Assembly: GCA_028534125.1 (NCBI GenBank)
Contig: CM052816.1
Location: forward strand, 100,132,001 to 100,196,000
DNA from: Lama glama
Taxonomy: Eukaryota
Reading direction: 5' to 3'
DNA: 64,000 bases
A model generated the notes under the pieces. That model saw only the letters and a program-made list of their open reading frames with translations, was not told where the DNA came from and ran no database searches. This document shows, in pieces, positions 11,430-23,785 of the stretch (position 1 is its first letter; the number at the start of each line of letters is the position of its first letter). The position numbers and the translations under genes are program-made.

Positions 11430-11641
11430 CACGCACATGCACACACCATAGACACACACCATACACACAGATACCACCCATCATTCACACACCACACACA
11501 CGTTCACACACACCACAACACACGTGTACATATGTGCCACACACATGTGCACGCCACACACATATACGTGTACATGCATACATACACCACACACACATAT
11601 ACACATGGACCCACACCCCATACACCACACACACACACATA
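11430..11641. repeat. CA-rich low-complexity repeat
   Basis: Degenerate (CA)n/(CATA)n tract. Confidence 0.9.
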
Positions 11642-11834
11642 CTCCAGAGGGACTTACTACTGGACGGAAGCCTATAGAGCAAAGCACTATCAGAAAGTCT
11701 CTTCAGGGATTTGAGCCGGGTCCAGCTTTGGCAGGAGTGTGGACTGAGTGGTGCTGGATGATTCTCCTGGTTCAAACACAGAAAATGTTAAAAAAAAATA
11801 ATTTTTGTAAATTTTAACATTTCTATTTGAAAAA

Positions 11835-11935
11835 GAAAACACTGGGAAAGCTAGGTAAAGAGTTGACACGCCTCTGCATTCTATTTACAATTTTCTGTTA
11901 ACTTAAATTTGTTTCAAAACTAAATTAAAATATAT
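11835..11935 (+). mobile_element. Ancient L1M 3'-end fragment
   Basis: 'gggaaagctaggtaaagag...ctctgcattctatttacaattttctgttaacttaaatttgtttcaaaac' resembles L1MC/ME termini. Confidence 0.5.
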
Positions 11936-11943
11936 AAAAGATA

Positions 11944-12080
11944 GGGGGAGGGTATAGCTCAGTAGTGGAGTGAGTGCTCAGCATGCACGAGGCCCTGGGT
12001 TCTACCCCCAGTACCTGCATTAAAATAAATAAATAAGTGCATAAATAAATAAACCTAATTACCCTCCCGTCAAAAAAAAA
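11944..12080 (+). mobile_element. tRNA-Ala-derived camelid SINE
   Basis: 'gggggagggtatagctcag...gcatgcacgaggccctgggttctacccccagtacc...aaacctaattacc' followed by an A tail. Confidence 0.92.
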
Positions 12081-13087
12081 TTATACACATATACACACAG
12101 AGAGAGAGAGAGAGTCGAGCTCAAATGGAGCATCTCCCACTGCAAGGGAATCTTTAAACATGTGTTTAGGGGAACCCACGACCTGTCTTCATGGGGACCC
12201 GTCACCTGCATGGTCCAGGCCTTTCACAGCCCTAACCCCCAGGCGTCTGGGCCTCAGGCGGTCAGGCTGAGAGGAGGGATCGGTCCCCGACATCACCCCA
12301 ATCCCACCCAGTGCCCCCCTCCCCAGGGGGCAGTGGTGGGGGGAGCCTCTGCTTCCAGGAACAGCGGAGAGGCTGGGGGTCGGTTTCAGAAGCAGAAATG
12401 CCTCCTAGAATCAAGTGTACCCCACAGACAGAAAGGGTTTTTCCTTAAAAAACAAACAAATTGTGAAGAAGAGAAGAGCTTTAGGCCCCTGCCTAGGACA
12501 GCGTAGAAACCCCAGGGGCTGGAAAGAAAATCTAGAAGGCTCTTGAAGTGTCTCCTGGGAAAGGGGCTGTTCTGTCCCCTGGGGCAAGGTCCACAGGGAG
12601 GGGGCTGTGATGGCAAGTGCAGGAGAGTCTGGGGGCCCCCAAAAGGGCACCATGTCTCCCACCTCCTGCCAGCCCCCCAGCGTCCCCTCTGTCCCGCCCA
12701 GGCAGAGAAAGAGGTGTGTGTCTGTGAGTCTGTGTGGGGGCAGCCACGTCTCATGTCCCAAGTGCTCTTGAGGTCCAGACGAGGGGCACAGCCAGCCACC
12801 CACTGAGGCCAGAGGTCCGTCGTGGAGGACCAAGGGGCATCCAGAGAACTATCCCAGCTGGCAAATTACATGATCTCCTTACGTTTGGAAACTTGGTCCA
12901 GCCTCAGAAGACTCGGCACCACCAAGAATGAGGGAGGATGAACCCAGCAAGTCACTGGATGGCCTTGGCTGATGGAGGTAAGTCTTCCGGCGCTTGGAGA
13001 CAGAGGACGCGAGAGGGCGGCTCCGCCTTGATGTTTTCACCTCCTACGTACTCGCCAGCCTTCGTAGATTCCAAGTGAGGGTGTCTG

Positions 13088-13197
13088 TCTATTTGCTTAT
13101 TCAACAGGTATTTATTGTGTGCCTACTGGGTACCAGGCCCTGTTCTGAGGCCCAGAAATAAATCAGTGAAGAAAACACATCAAAGTTCCTGCCTAGA
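13088..13197 (-). mobile_element. L2 3'-end fragment
   Basis: 'ttattcaacaggtatttattgtgtgcctactgggtaccaggccctgttctgagg' is a typical L2 tail. Confidence 0.75.
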
Positions 13198-16100
13198 GAG
13201 GGAAAAACGCAAGCCAGGCAAGAGGGGCAGCTGGACTCGCCTTTATTCTCAATTTCTCTTGTTCGTTTTTAATTATAAATTTTGAATTCCTTCAGATCGA
13301 ACACCTTAAGCATGCTTTCATATTTCCCCAGTTCCAACCACTGCTGGTGGACCTTACTCTGCATGCAGGTCATTGCTAAATGCTTGCAAAATGAACAAAT
13401 TAATGGGTGACTTAGCTTTATCGTGTGAGAAAAAGTGTGTTTATGAAAATGAGCAAACCTGTTAGCCTGGACAGCCTGTGGCCGTGTCCTGGGATGAGGG
13501 CCAGGCAGTGGCCAGGCCATCTGCAGTCCACCCGGCCGCACATTTAACCACGGCTTCGTTTGCTTTACAGCCACTGATGGCTTTTCAAATGACCGTGTTT
13601 TTATTCCGCCAGAATTCTTTTTAACTTCACGTGGCTAGACAGTTCATTTACTTACCAAAACATGCTATTCCAGGGCCAGAGCTCTCAGCAAGCCTCAGCC
13701 TTGTCTTGCAGCAGAAAAGCTCCCCAGGTGTGGCCTCACCTTGACAGTCACAGTTCTGCAGGTAGCAGGTGCACTTCAGCTGTCCATGCCTCTTTCAGAC
13801 TTGGAAGAATCAGAAATAACTCTGAAAGCTCATCGAATTCTTCTCAGTTTGAAGCTTTCTTGGCATTTCCTTAACTTACTAAGGCAGCTTTCTTTAATTG
13901 GCAACTGTTATGCAGAAGACGTACAAGAGAAGAGACGTGGCCACGCCCCTTGATGGTTTCTGAAGCAGAAATGCTATTCTGGGCTGGTGCCTGGTTCACA
14001 ATAGGCTCCAAATGCACCAGGATTGGTGAAGGGGTTTTTCCTCATCAGCTGAAGTGATCTCAAGAACACGACCTAGGAGATGGACGAATTAGGCGTTGAT
14101 GACAACTGGAGATGGTGACAACAGGGCTATGGTTTGGGACTGTCCGGGATGCAGGGCAAGCATGTGAATGAGGCCAGACACCTGCCTGTCTCACCCAGTG
14201 TATCTTTCCTTGTTTGGACCTGGGAGTCGTTCCAGAGGCTGGGGACTCCGTCGAGGTCCACCCTCAGGTCATCCCAGGAGCGGAGCCCTGTCCTGCAGGA
14301 CTCTCGACCTGGGGCTGGGACACATGTCCAGGTCCCTCCTGACCCTGACTACAAACCCCTGGGCCGGCCATTTCCCCAGCCTGCCTTCCCACCGACCCGA
14401 CAAGCTTGTGTGTGAATGAAAACACAGGGTTTCCAATATGATAAAGAGGAATTTCCATTTCAGATCTATCTCGTGAGTCTCTCGCTGGCCTGGAGAAGGA
14501 GGATTTCCTGTTCTAGGTTAGATTTCTCATTTAGACTCTTTCAATAGACCAGGAGGCCAATCTGAAGGCAGACATGAATAGTAATGCACAGCTGCCTTAA
14601 ACGCTTTAAACCCTAAATTCAAATCAGATAGTGTGAGCTGACCACAGAGACCCTCACCTAAGACGCCCCTTACACTCCAGAAGCATCACATTTACGGTTC
14701 TCTCTTCGTGGGTGTCGTACGCATTTTGAAGAGAACCCAAGAAGGGTGCTACAAGAAACTTGACTCTCCTCTGAATGATCAAAGACATGATTATTTTTAT
14801 GTATTAAATTATGCTTATTGTCACATGAAGTTATAAAGTATTCCGTTTTATAATTTCAAAGATCTCATTTGCAATGCATGACAATATAACGTGTTTCTTG
14901 TTTTATGTAACACAATGTACATGTTATATGCACATAACAGGAATTTATCATTTAAATATAAAAATATTTTAAATGTGTTTAATATCCTTTGTTCCCTCCC
15001 CATCTAGTGTCCACCCTTCTGCAGAGAAAGGGGACATGACAGCTCCCAGAGTGCTGTGACGTGAGCCTCACCGCACACACCCTGGGGAAGTGGAGACTTC
15101 TCAAGCATGGATTTTTGCTGATTCAGGTTAAGATGCGCTGATTTAACTGAAGGCATTGTTTTTGGTCAAGAGTTCATTGATTCAGGCCAAGGTGGACGAT
15201 CGCCTTTGGGAGATGGTTACCAGAATGCTGAGTGGCTTTCTCTGCAAGGTGAGATGTAGGGAATTTTTGCATTCCACTGCACTGGGCATGCATCAGCTTT
15301 AAAACCCGCAGAAAGTCCTACCTCCAGGTCCTTCAAGGCCCGGCCAGTCAGCAGCAGGTCCTTACCCGTCCCACGTTGCGGTGTGGCCTCCTCCTCCCTG
15401 GGAGTCAAGACGTATCCCACCGCCGTGAGCACCGACAGAGTGTACCCAACAGAAGCTTCTGGTCGGCGCCTCTCTTACACCTCACGCGCTGTGTGGCTTG
15501 GTGGGACTCACACCTGTGCCTGGTGAAGGTCAGGGCACAGCCTTCCTTGGTCTGTGTCGCTGCACCTCGCCTCTCAGACACGCTCCCGCCAGCCAGGGCT
15601 GCCCCAGGCTCAGGGCGCGGAGGGCTGGCGGCGGGGTAAGCCTGGCGCTGAGACTGGAGTGTGCTGACCGTGCTCTCGTCCCTGCCCGGGGCCCCCGCAC
15701 CACTCCCTGGGCGTGGCGAACGGCCGTCCTCTCCGCCTTTTGGAAGAGAAAGACATGAGTGTGCGGAAGACTCGCCTGAAGATGCTTTGAGATCACAGAT
15801 CATGCCCAGCTGGGGCTGAGCGGTGCTTGGGACTGTTTTCCCCTTTCTGGGAAGAACTACAAATAACATCTCTAGAAATAGCTCTCCAGCCCCTCCTTTC
15901 GTCCCTCTCCCGGGCAGGCTCTTCCTCACTTTGAAGGCCTGATGGAGCTTCAAGCTCTGCCCACGCTTCCTGGGCAGGCAGTAGGAGGTGGACAAGACAT
16001 CCTGGGGAGTGGGGGGACGCACCTCGCCACCTGAGCCCCACAGTCTGACGAGGGGGGCTTCCTGCCTCCCGAGGCTCTGTGCTTCTAGAGGACAGGGACG

Positions 16101-18694
16101 TCCCAGCACTAAGCCCGGGACCCCGCGGGCCTGGCTCACGGCGAGAGCTGGGCGGCTTTTAGTGAGTGACTCAACAGCAGATGAACAACCCTGGCCGCTG
16201 GAGCAGCCCATCCCTGTGGCTGCCATTCTAGGACACTTGAGCCTGCGGTGGGTGGGTGGGAGACCCACCTCTCTTTCCCTGGGCTGGGCTGGAATCTTCC
16301 AGAATCTGGACAACCTGTCTGAGCGAATGAGCAACTCCTACTTAAGACATGAACACTCTCTCCCTAATTTAAGTCTCTTTCTCTCTTTCCGCAGGCCCTC
16401 ATCGCAGGTGCTGAGCAGCACTGAGGGCTGGCTCCCTACGCTGCTCTGTTCCTGGAGCGACCACTCAGAGAGCCACGCAGAGCCCCGAAGTGCTCCAGAT
16501 GCACCTGCCCCTCCGCTCGCAGCCCATCAGCTCTGCTGGGGAAGGAGAGGCGGGCTGCCCACGTGGGGAGCAGCGCACGCGCCGGGTGGTCACGTGGCCC
16601 AGCGAGGATGGACAACTGGCTGGGGGTGGGTCCAGCCACAGAGCAAAGCTCGTGTGCCCAACCGTCCCCAGCAACGCCACTTCTTGGCTTAAATCTGACA
16701 GATATGCTCACACAAGCTCACAAAAGGCAGGCAAATGCGTCTACAGAAGCACCCTTTGTAGAATTTATTGGAAATAACCCAACTGTCACGCTGACTCAGT
16801 AAATCCGAGGGCGTCCTCAGGATGGAATAGCGCATGCGCCCATCACCCTGGAAGGGAGGAGACACGGGCGACTGTGAGCAACGGGCAGTGTGGTCTCTGG
16901 CGACGGAACGCCGACTCCTTTCACTGCGGGGGGAGGGGGTGTCTAATGACGGGAGGGGCTGAGAAGGCCTCTGGGTGCCTGTAACGTTCTTCATCACTCT
17001 GTTCTCCCTTTGCAAAAGCCTCCCTGTGCCGTGCATGTATCATGTGGGCACCTTTCTACATGCATGTTCTATTTAATACAAAGTCCACCTCAGTGAGAAA
17101 GAAGCCGGGGTAAAGCCTGGAATCAGACCCAGACCCCGCTGCCCTCCACCCCCACGCGGTGCATCCGACCCTCCTCGGGTGCCCAGTGCTGTGGAAATGC
17201 ATAAGACCCCAGTGTATTCCCATGAGTCAGCAAAGGAGAGGAGGGACCGATGAACAAAACCGCCTCCAAACCGATGCCTCTCACAAATGAAACGGCCCAT
17301 GTTCTTATTCAGGCCAAGGTCAAGGACTGGAATTTCCAGAGAATTCTCTAGGCTTTGAATCAGAAGTGGGAACAGCGGCTTCATGGAGACATTTGAGAGT
17401 CCATTTCCCTAACATGGGCATAAAATGGGCTGGGCCTGCCGCTTGTAACATCTGTTACTAGTGAACCTCAATAAAAATGTAAAAATTGTCCCATGTTTAT
17501 TAAATTATCACATGATGGTTCTCCAGAAGTCACACATCTTCTGGACTCTGAGTTCTGTTCTGCTTTCGGCAAACTGAGGGAATTTCATAACCTGTCTTCA
17601 GTGTCGTAAACCAATAAACATGTTTTTTCAAACAACACTTGCAAGGACTGCTGAGAAAACCGGCCGTTCTAAAAGCCCAAGTTGCTGCACAAGCACCATC
17701 TGATGCCGAGGTTTTGCTCAGTTAAAGGTGCAGGTTAACATCAAGCGGTTTCAGCGCCGTTGAACGTGACCTCGGGTCTGAGTAACAGCAGCATCACGGT
17801 CTGCAGGGGCTTCTGCGGGCAGCGTCCCCCTGGCCCGACGTGCACTCAGCCGAGTGTCACTCCTTCGCACAAGCAATGCTTTCAAATCCCCACCAAACTT
17901 CAAGTGTATCTGTAAAAGCAGAAACAGGCCAGTTCTCGTAGCCTTCTTTACGTTAAGGGAAGAATGTGCTTGGGCTGTGTCGCTGGTCCATCAGAACACC
18001 AGAATGAAAAGGTAAAAGTCTCGACCATTGGCTCGATGTTTTGTTTTCTGAGAGCAGGTGTGTTTTGTAGATGTTTATAACTTGATAGGTATTTATGATT
18101 TTTGTCTGTGTGAGTTCACATGAATGGAGACACGGACGTTCATAAGCAAGACTATGACCGAGGCTGCACTGTGTGAAATCTAGGCCTTTCTGAACTCTTC
18201 CTGTGCATGGAGAAAGGAAAGCATTTAATCAGAAAAGGCCAGAGACGCCACAGCGCCCCTGAAGCTGCCCGGCGTGGCCCAAGTGCTCCTGCGGGCGGCT
18301 AACCCAGCTTCAGAGCGGGTCTGCTTGGACTCCAGGAGGCGAGCTCTGGCCAGACTCTGCCAGCGTCCTTCTCTCCAAGGCATCGTAGGAGATGATGGAT
18401 CCTGTTCACTAGCGGGTCCTGCAGGAAATGCCAGGCAGCCTCCTTTTAGGTCCGTCCTGTCTGGGAACCAGGATCTGACCCAGAAACAGACGGCACAGTA
18501 GCTTTCGGCTCTCCGTCTCTATCCCTTTTATTCCAGGATAGTTTCCACACTGTTTCCTTTTCCTTGCGACATGGACTGTTTTAGAAGGTTCTATTGCATT
18601 TACCCTCTAAAATGCCCACTGCCTCTGACTGCTTCCTCCTGGGCATGTGCACCTGGACCCTCCGTCCCTGCACTCCTGGCCAGCCAGTGGCAGT

Positions 18695-18795
18695 TCCACC
18701 AATCAGGAGCTTGTCAGAAATGGAAACTCTTGGGACCCAGCTCAGATCCCCCCAAGTCAGAACTTGTGCAGGCGGGGCCCAGAAGGTTCTGTTAG
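18695..18795. mobile_element. MER5A-like hAT-Charlie fragment
   Basis: 'ggagcttgtcagaaatggaaactcttgggacccagctcagatc...tcagaac...ggcggggcccag' matches the recalled MER5A core. Confidence 0.65.
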
Positions 18796-18804
18796 AACCC
18801 CTTA

Positions 18805-18924
18805 GAGATTAGCAGATTCTACTGTAGATAAAGCCGATACCCAGCAAGCTCCTGCCGCACGGCACCGAGCAGCGCACGCACGATCTCGTGAGAGCCCATA
18901 TGGAAAGGAACCTGAGAGGGAATG

Positions 18925-18967
<43 letters not shown>

Positions 18968-19040
18968 AACTAAATCACTGTGCTGTGCAGCTGGAACTAA
19001 CACCACATTGTAAATCAGCTATACTTCAATATTAAAAATA
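18805..19040 (+). mobile_element. L1 3'-UTR fragment with internal (CA)n
   Basis: Terminal 'gtaactaaatcactgtgctgtgcagctggaactaacaccacattgtaaatcagctatacttcaat' is homologous to the 6700-7284 L1. (CA)n at ~18927-18965. Confidence 0.85.
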
Positions 19041-19127
19041 CCCTAAATATGCTTAATTAAGCATGTGAAATCTGGGAATCACTGTTAGAGAGGTTAGATC
19101 CAGTTTAAACACTTAGGGGCAAAAACC

Positions 19128-19438
19128 CAGCTCAAGCTGCTGTCACGGGGACTGCAGACGGGCAGGGGGCTGTGAAACACGGCAGTGGCTCACAGCTCTG
19201 GAGGCCGGGCCTGCAGACCTGGTGTCTGGTAAGGACCGCTTCCCGGTTCACAGACGGCATCTTCTTGCAGTCCCCTGGGGCAGAGAGGGCAAGGGAGCCT
19301 GGGGGCCTCAGTCATCAGGGCCCTGAGCCCCTCGTGGGGGCTCCACCCTCACGACCTGGTCACCTTCAAACACCATCACACCGTGGGGTAGGTTTCAAGA
19401 TCCGAGTTGGGGGAGACACCAATATTTAGACCACAGCA
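19128..19438 (-). mobile_element. MaLR LTR (MLT1A-like)
   Basis: 'ctcacagctctggaggcc', 'gggctccaccctcacgacct', 'caccatcaca...ggtttcaa...gggggagacacc...ttagaccacagca'. Confidence 0.75.
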
Positions 19439-20535
19439 GGGACCATCTGCCCTTACGCAGGCAGCGGCTGTCCCGTGACTGGAGATCTGTACTTAGGAGG
19501 AGCTGAGGATGTAGCGGTCCTGTGGCGGGTGGGCTAGGAACAAGTGGCCACAGACACCAAGGGTCCCCCAGGAGCTCCTTCAGGCATCAGCCTCTGCACC
19601 AGCCCGTTCCCTCCCCTTCAGTCCACGTGCTGTCTGTGCCCCGTGACAGCCAATGCACCTAGCCGGGAGGTGGACCAGGGTCCCCGCATCCCCAGGGACC
19701 TCACTCCTGCGAACGAGGCACCTCTCCGTCGGACGCTGCGGGCGGTGGCCACCTAGATGAGCAGACCTCTGGTGCCAGAAGCCCTAGACGTGGCCTGTCC
19801 CTCAGGATGCCTGTGCACAGCCCTTTAGACCCAGACTGTGTGGATGCGCGGTCAGAATGAGGCGCATGTTTGAAGCTGTCTTCTCTAGTAGGAGGGCTGG
19901 TTCTGACCGATCTCTGCACGTTTTCCTTTTGTGGTCCTGACATCCGCTGTCCATAGCCCATCAGTGTGGAGCAGAGAGCCAGGACGTCTGGGGTCCAGCC
20001 CAGCCCACCATCGGCCTCACTGGACCAGAGCGTCCACCTTCTCCTCGCTGGCAACAGCCACCAGCCTGGATGCGAATCCCGGCCCGCTTGCGATCGCTGG
20101 CCACCAAGCGAGCGCTACAGACAGCCCCCAGCTGCGCGCCTTGGGGGCACTCTGGGCGGTGCCGGCTGGCCCAGGCTCCGCACCGCCACCTGCCTCAGCA
20201 CGTCCCCGCGGGTGGGAAGTCTGTCCAGGCGCGGAAGCTGCCGCCCAGCTGCTGAAGAGACACCTAGCGGGCACGGCTCCGAAAGCAGGGCTCTGCGAGG
20301 CGGCGGGGCCCGTGCGCAGCCCCCGGCCCCCAGGGGAGGAAGTGTGTTGGGGGGTCGTGCCCAGGGCTGCAGAGGAGGGGCTGCGACCACGGCCAGGAGC
20401 CCGCAGACCGGCCAGCGCTTCCCAGGTCACGCAGCGCAGTGGGGTTCTGCTAGAGACCACACAGAAATCAGGGCTCCCCAGAAACCCTGCAAGCAAGCGG
20501 GCGACATGAGCGGGCAAATCCTCCTCCCTCCAAAA

Positions 20536-21450
20536 GTGTGCTTGTGTGTCTACGGATCTGTGCATGTGTTGCGTGTGCTGTGTTGTGTTGTGTCGTGGTG
20601 TGTGGTGTGTATGTCTTGTGTGTGGTGTTTTGTGTGTTGTGTGTCTTGCATGTGTAGTGTGTGTGGTGTGTGTAGTGTGTGGTATGTGTTTTTTGTGTTA
20701 CGTGTTGTGTGTAGTGTGTATCGTGTGTTGTGTTGTGTATTGCATGTGTTGTGTGTGGTGTTTTGTGTGTTGTGTTGAGTGTGTTGTGTTGTGTGTTGTG
20801 TGTGGTGTGTGGTGTGTATAGATTATGTTTTGTGTGTTGTGTGTATGTTGTGTGTTTTGTGTGTGTTTTGTTCTGTGTGTTGTACGGTGTGTGTGGTGTG
20901 AGTGTTTTGTGTGTTGTATTGTGTGTGGTTTGTTTTGTGTTGTGTGTATTGTGTATGTTGTGTGTATGTTGTGTGCTGTGTGTGGTGTGTTGCTTGTGTG
21001 TGTTGTGTTCTGTGTGATGTGTGTGTGTTTTGTTCTGTGTGTTGTACGGTGTGTGTGGTTTGTGTTGTGTTGTGTATATTGTGTAGTTGTGTGTATGTTG
21101 TGTGTTGTGTTGTGTGTGTTGTGTGTGCTGTGTGTATGTTGTGTGTGGTGTGTGCATGGTGTGTGGTGCGTATAGAGTGTGTGTGTTGTTGTATGTTGTG
21201 TGTGACATGTGTGTTGTGTTGTGTGTGTGTGTTGTGTGTGGTGTGTGTGTTGTGTTGTGTGTGTGTTGTGTGTGTTGTGTGTGCTGTGTGTATGTTGTGT
21301 GTGTTGTGTGCGTGGTGTGCAGTGCGTATAGAGTATGTGTGTTGTTGTATGTTGTGTGTGATGTGTGTGTTGTGTTGTGTGTGTGTGCTGTGTGTATGTT
21401 GTGTGTGTTGTGTGCGTGGTGTGCGGTGCGTATAGAATGTGTGTGTTGTT
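20536..21450. repeat. Long TG-rich low-complexity repeat running into the assembly gap
   Basis: About 900 bp of degenerate (TG)n/(TGT)n. Confidence 0.95.
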
Positions 21451-21950
21451 NNNNNNNNNNNNNNNNNNNNNNNNNNNNNNNNNNNNNNNNNNNNNNNNNN
21501 NNNNNNNNNNNNNNNNNNNNNNNNNNNNNNNNNNNNNNNNNNNNNNNNNNNNNNNNNNNNNNNNNNNNNNNNNNNNNNNNNNNNNNNNNNNNNNNNNNNN
21601 NNNNNNNNNNNNNNNNNNNNNNNNNNNNNNNNNNNNNNNNNNNNNNNNNNNNNNNNNNNNNNNNNNNNNNNNNNNNNNNNNNNNNNNNNNNNNNNNNNNN
21701 NNNNNNNNNNNNNNNNNNNNNNNNNNNNNNNNNNNNNNNNNNNNNNNNNNNNNNNNNNNNNNNNNNNNNNNNNNNNNNNNNNNNNNNNNNNNNNNNNNNN
21801 NNNNNNNNNNNNNNNNNNNNNNNNNNNNNNNNNNNNNNNNNNNNNNNNNNNNNNNNNNNNNNNNNNNNNNNNNNNNNNNNNNNNNNNNNNNNNNNNNNNN
21901 NNNNNNNNNNNNNNNNNNNNNNNNNNNNNNNNNNNNNNNNNNNNNNNNNN
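21451..21950. other. Assembly gap (500 N)
   Basis: Run of n characters. Confidence 1.
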
Positions 21951-23556
21951 CAGAGAGGAATGGACATGGGGAAGGGGGAGGGTGGAATTAGCATCCTCAC
22001 CATGAAAAAATAGGAACTGGTCCTCTGAACGCACAAAGCTGCTCGCAGGGGCAGCAGGCGCGCTGGGGTGCAGCGGCTGGTAAGCAGTGACAGGACCCAG
22101 CAGGTTGTGTCTGACGGGACAGGTTGTGCTAATACAGGAGTCACCAGCATCTTCATCACCTGCTGCCATCTCGTTGCCACGTACCACCCAGAGAGGCTAA
22201 AAAACTGTGCAAAAGTTGGTAAACACCCCCACCTGATTCGGGAGGGTGTGGGCCGGTGTGTGCATCTGGATGGAACGCCAGTCAGTAACCGCGGAGGTCC
22301 ACGGGCACCGCGGACCCCAGCCTACCCGACTTTGTCTTTCAGAAGCGACACCTCGTCAGGATCAGGGGAACCGAGGCCGCTTGAGGCTTTTAGGGTGCGG
22401 GAATAAAGACCAGGGTGTGCTAGTCTTTAAGTAACGTGTGTGGGTTTCCCAGGCTAAGCTCTAAAAGAGGTTTGTCTTGAAAACGCTGAGAGGTTTATGT
22501 ATGGCATTGACTGTTGTGAAGTTTGTGCGAAAACGAGCTCAGGCATTTAACTGCAGAACTTTTACTGTAATCCCAGCCTTTTCACACTGGCTTTTGCCAT
22601 GGAGGAGAGATTCAAATTTAAAGCATCCTTTGAAGTCCAGGCAGTCATCCCCAAGACAAAAGGCAACAAGACACAGATAACCCCTTAGCAGGGGTGTAAT
22701 TAACGCCCGACTCCACCCCGGGAGGCTTCACAGGTACACCCGCTCCTCCTCTGCGGGCCCTGCTCGTGTGCAGCAAACACTGGCTTACTTAATCAGTTCG
22801 TGTGTGTGTTCCTCCTTTGAGATGTCTGCAAGGTGGCCGTTCGCCTACCCGGAGCAACCGAGAATTCGGGGGTGTGATACTCCAGCCGGGCGTGGTGTCA
22901 ATTTTGTGATAAGAAGTGGAGGAATGAGAGATGGCGACACGGTACAGCCAGAGACGCTCATGCTTCCTCCCGTCCGATGCGGAGGATGCCTGGGGGAAGG
23001 AGGCGGCCTCCAGGCCTGATGATCAAGAGTTAAAACGGCCCGCCAGGCCCTCCTGTTCTGTCCCACGTGGCTATCTAGCTCAGCAGAACAAAAAGGTGGA
23101 TCCCGCCCCTCCTAAAGGCAGGCAGCACAAGAGAAAGGCCCAAGGCCTGCGAATGAGAATCAGTGTCACTCGACGTGTGTGAGTGGCTCCCTACATCCAG
23201 CTGAGGGGTCATGAGAAAGGATTCACCCGTGATGCCGAAGAGAAGTAAACAAAAGACCAAAAAATGGAAATTACGGAGCTCACATAAATAATTTTAATTA
23301 AGGTAAATCCCAAAACAGTGGACCCCCTAAGCCATGTGTCTTCTGAGAAAACCTATGTTCACACTTTAAAAAATTACATACCGTTTTGCTTCAAAAAGCA
23401 AGTAAAATACTCAGCACATTAAGGCTTCTGTCATAAGCCCAGACATCATGCCTTCATGTCTGTGCTTAAAACTGTGTCTGCCGGTTTCTGGTCCACAGTC
23501 TCCCACGGCTCTCACAGGCCAAATGGCCTCCAGCGTTACCCAAATACTTCGGTATT

Positions 23557-23785
23557 CTTTCTTTTTTAATTTTATCTTTTATTGAAGTGCAGTTGATTTA
23601 CGTTAGTCTCAGGTGCACAGCAAAGTGATCCAGTTATACATCTACATACATAGATGCTTTTTCTTTTCAGGTTCTTTTCCATGATACGTTATTATAAGAA
23701 ACTGAATGTAGCTCCCTGTGCTCTGCCACGGGTCCTTGTTGTGTATCTGCTTTATGTACAGTAGTGTGTGTCTGCTAACCCCAAC
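23557..23785 (-). mobile_element. L1 3'-UTR fragment
   Basis: 'ttttattgaagtgcagttgattta...aggtgcacagcaaagtgatccagttataca...ctccctgtgct...gtccttgttg'. Confidence 0.88.

Noticed and set aside
11944..12020. tRNA-Ala genes (here and at 5017, 25568, 28856, 56171, 62769)
   Set aside because: The tRNA-like heads carry an extra 5' ggggag, mismatched stems, a shared non-tRNA tail or A-rich end, and sometimes TSDs. They are SINEs.
12880..12985. Coding exon ending at the perfect donor GAG|GTAAGT (12978)
   Set aside because: All three + frames contain stops within ~80 bp upstream of the donor.
15405..16692. ORFs of 309 aa (-) and 234 aa (+)
   Set aside because: P/R/G/A/S-rich with no recognisable domain, overlapping on both strands. 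Expected by chance in GC-rich DNA.
20468..22187. ORFs of 570, 454 and 308 aa
   Set aside because: Composed of TG/CA low-complexity sequence and 500 N. Not genes.
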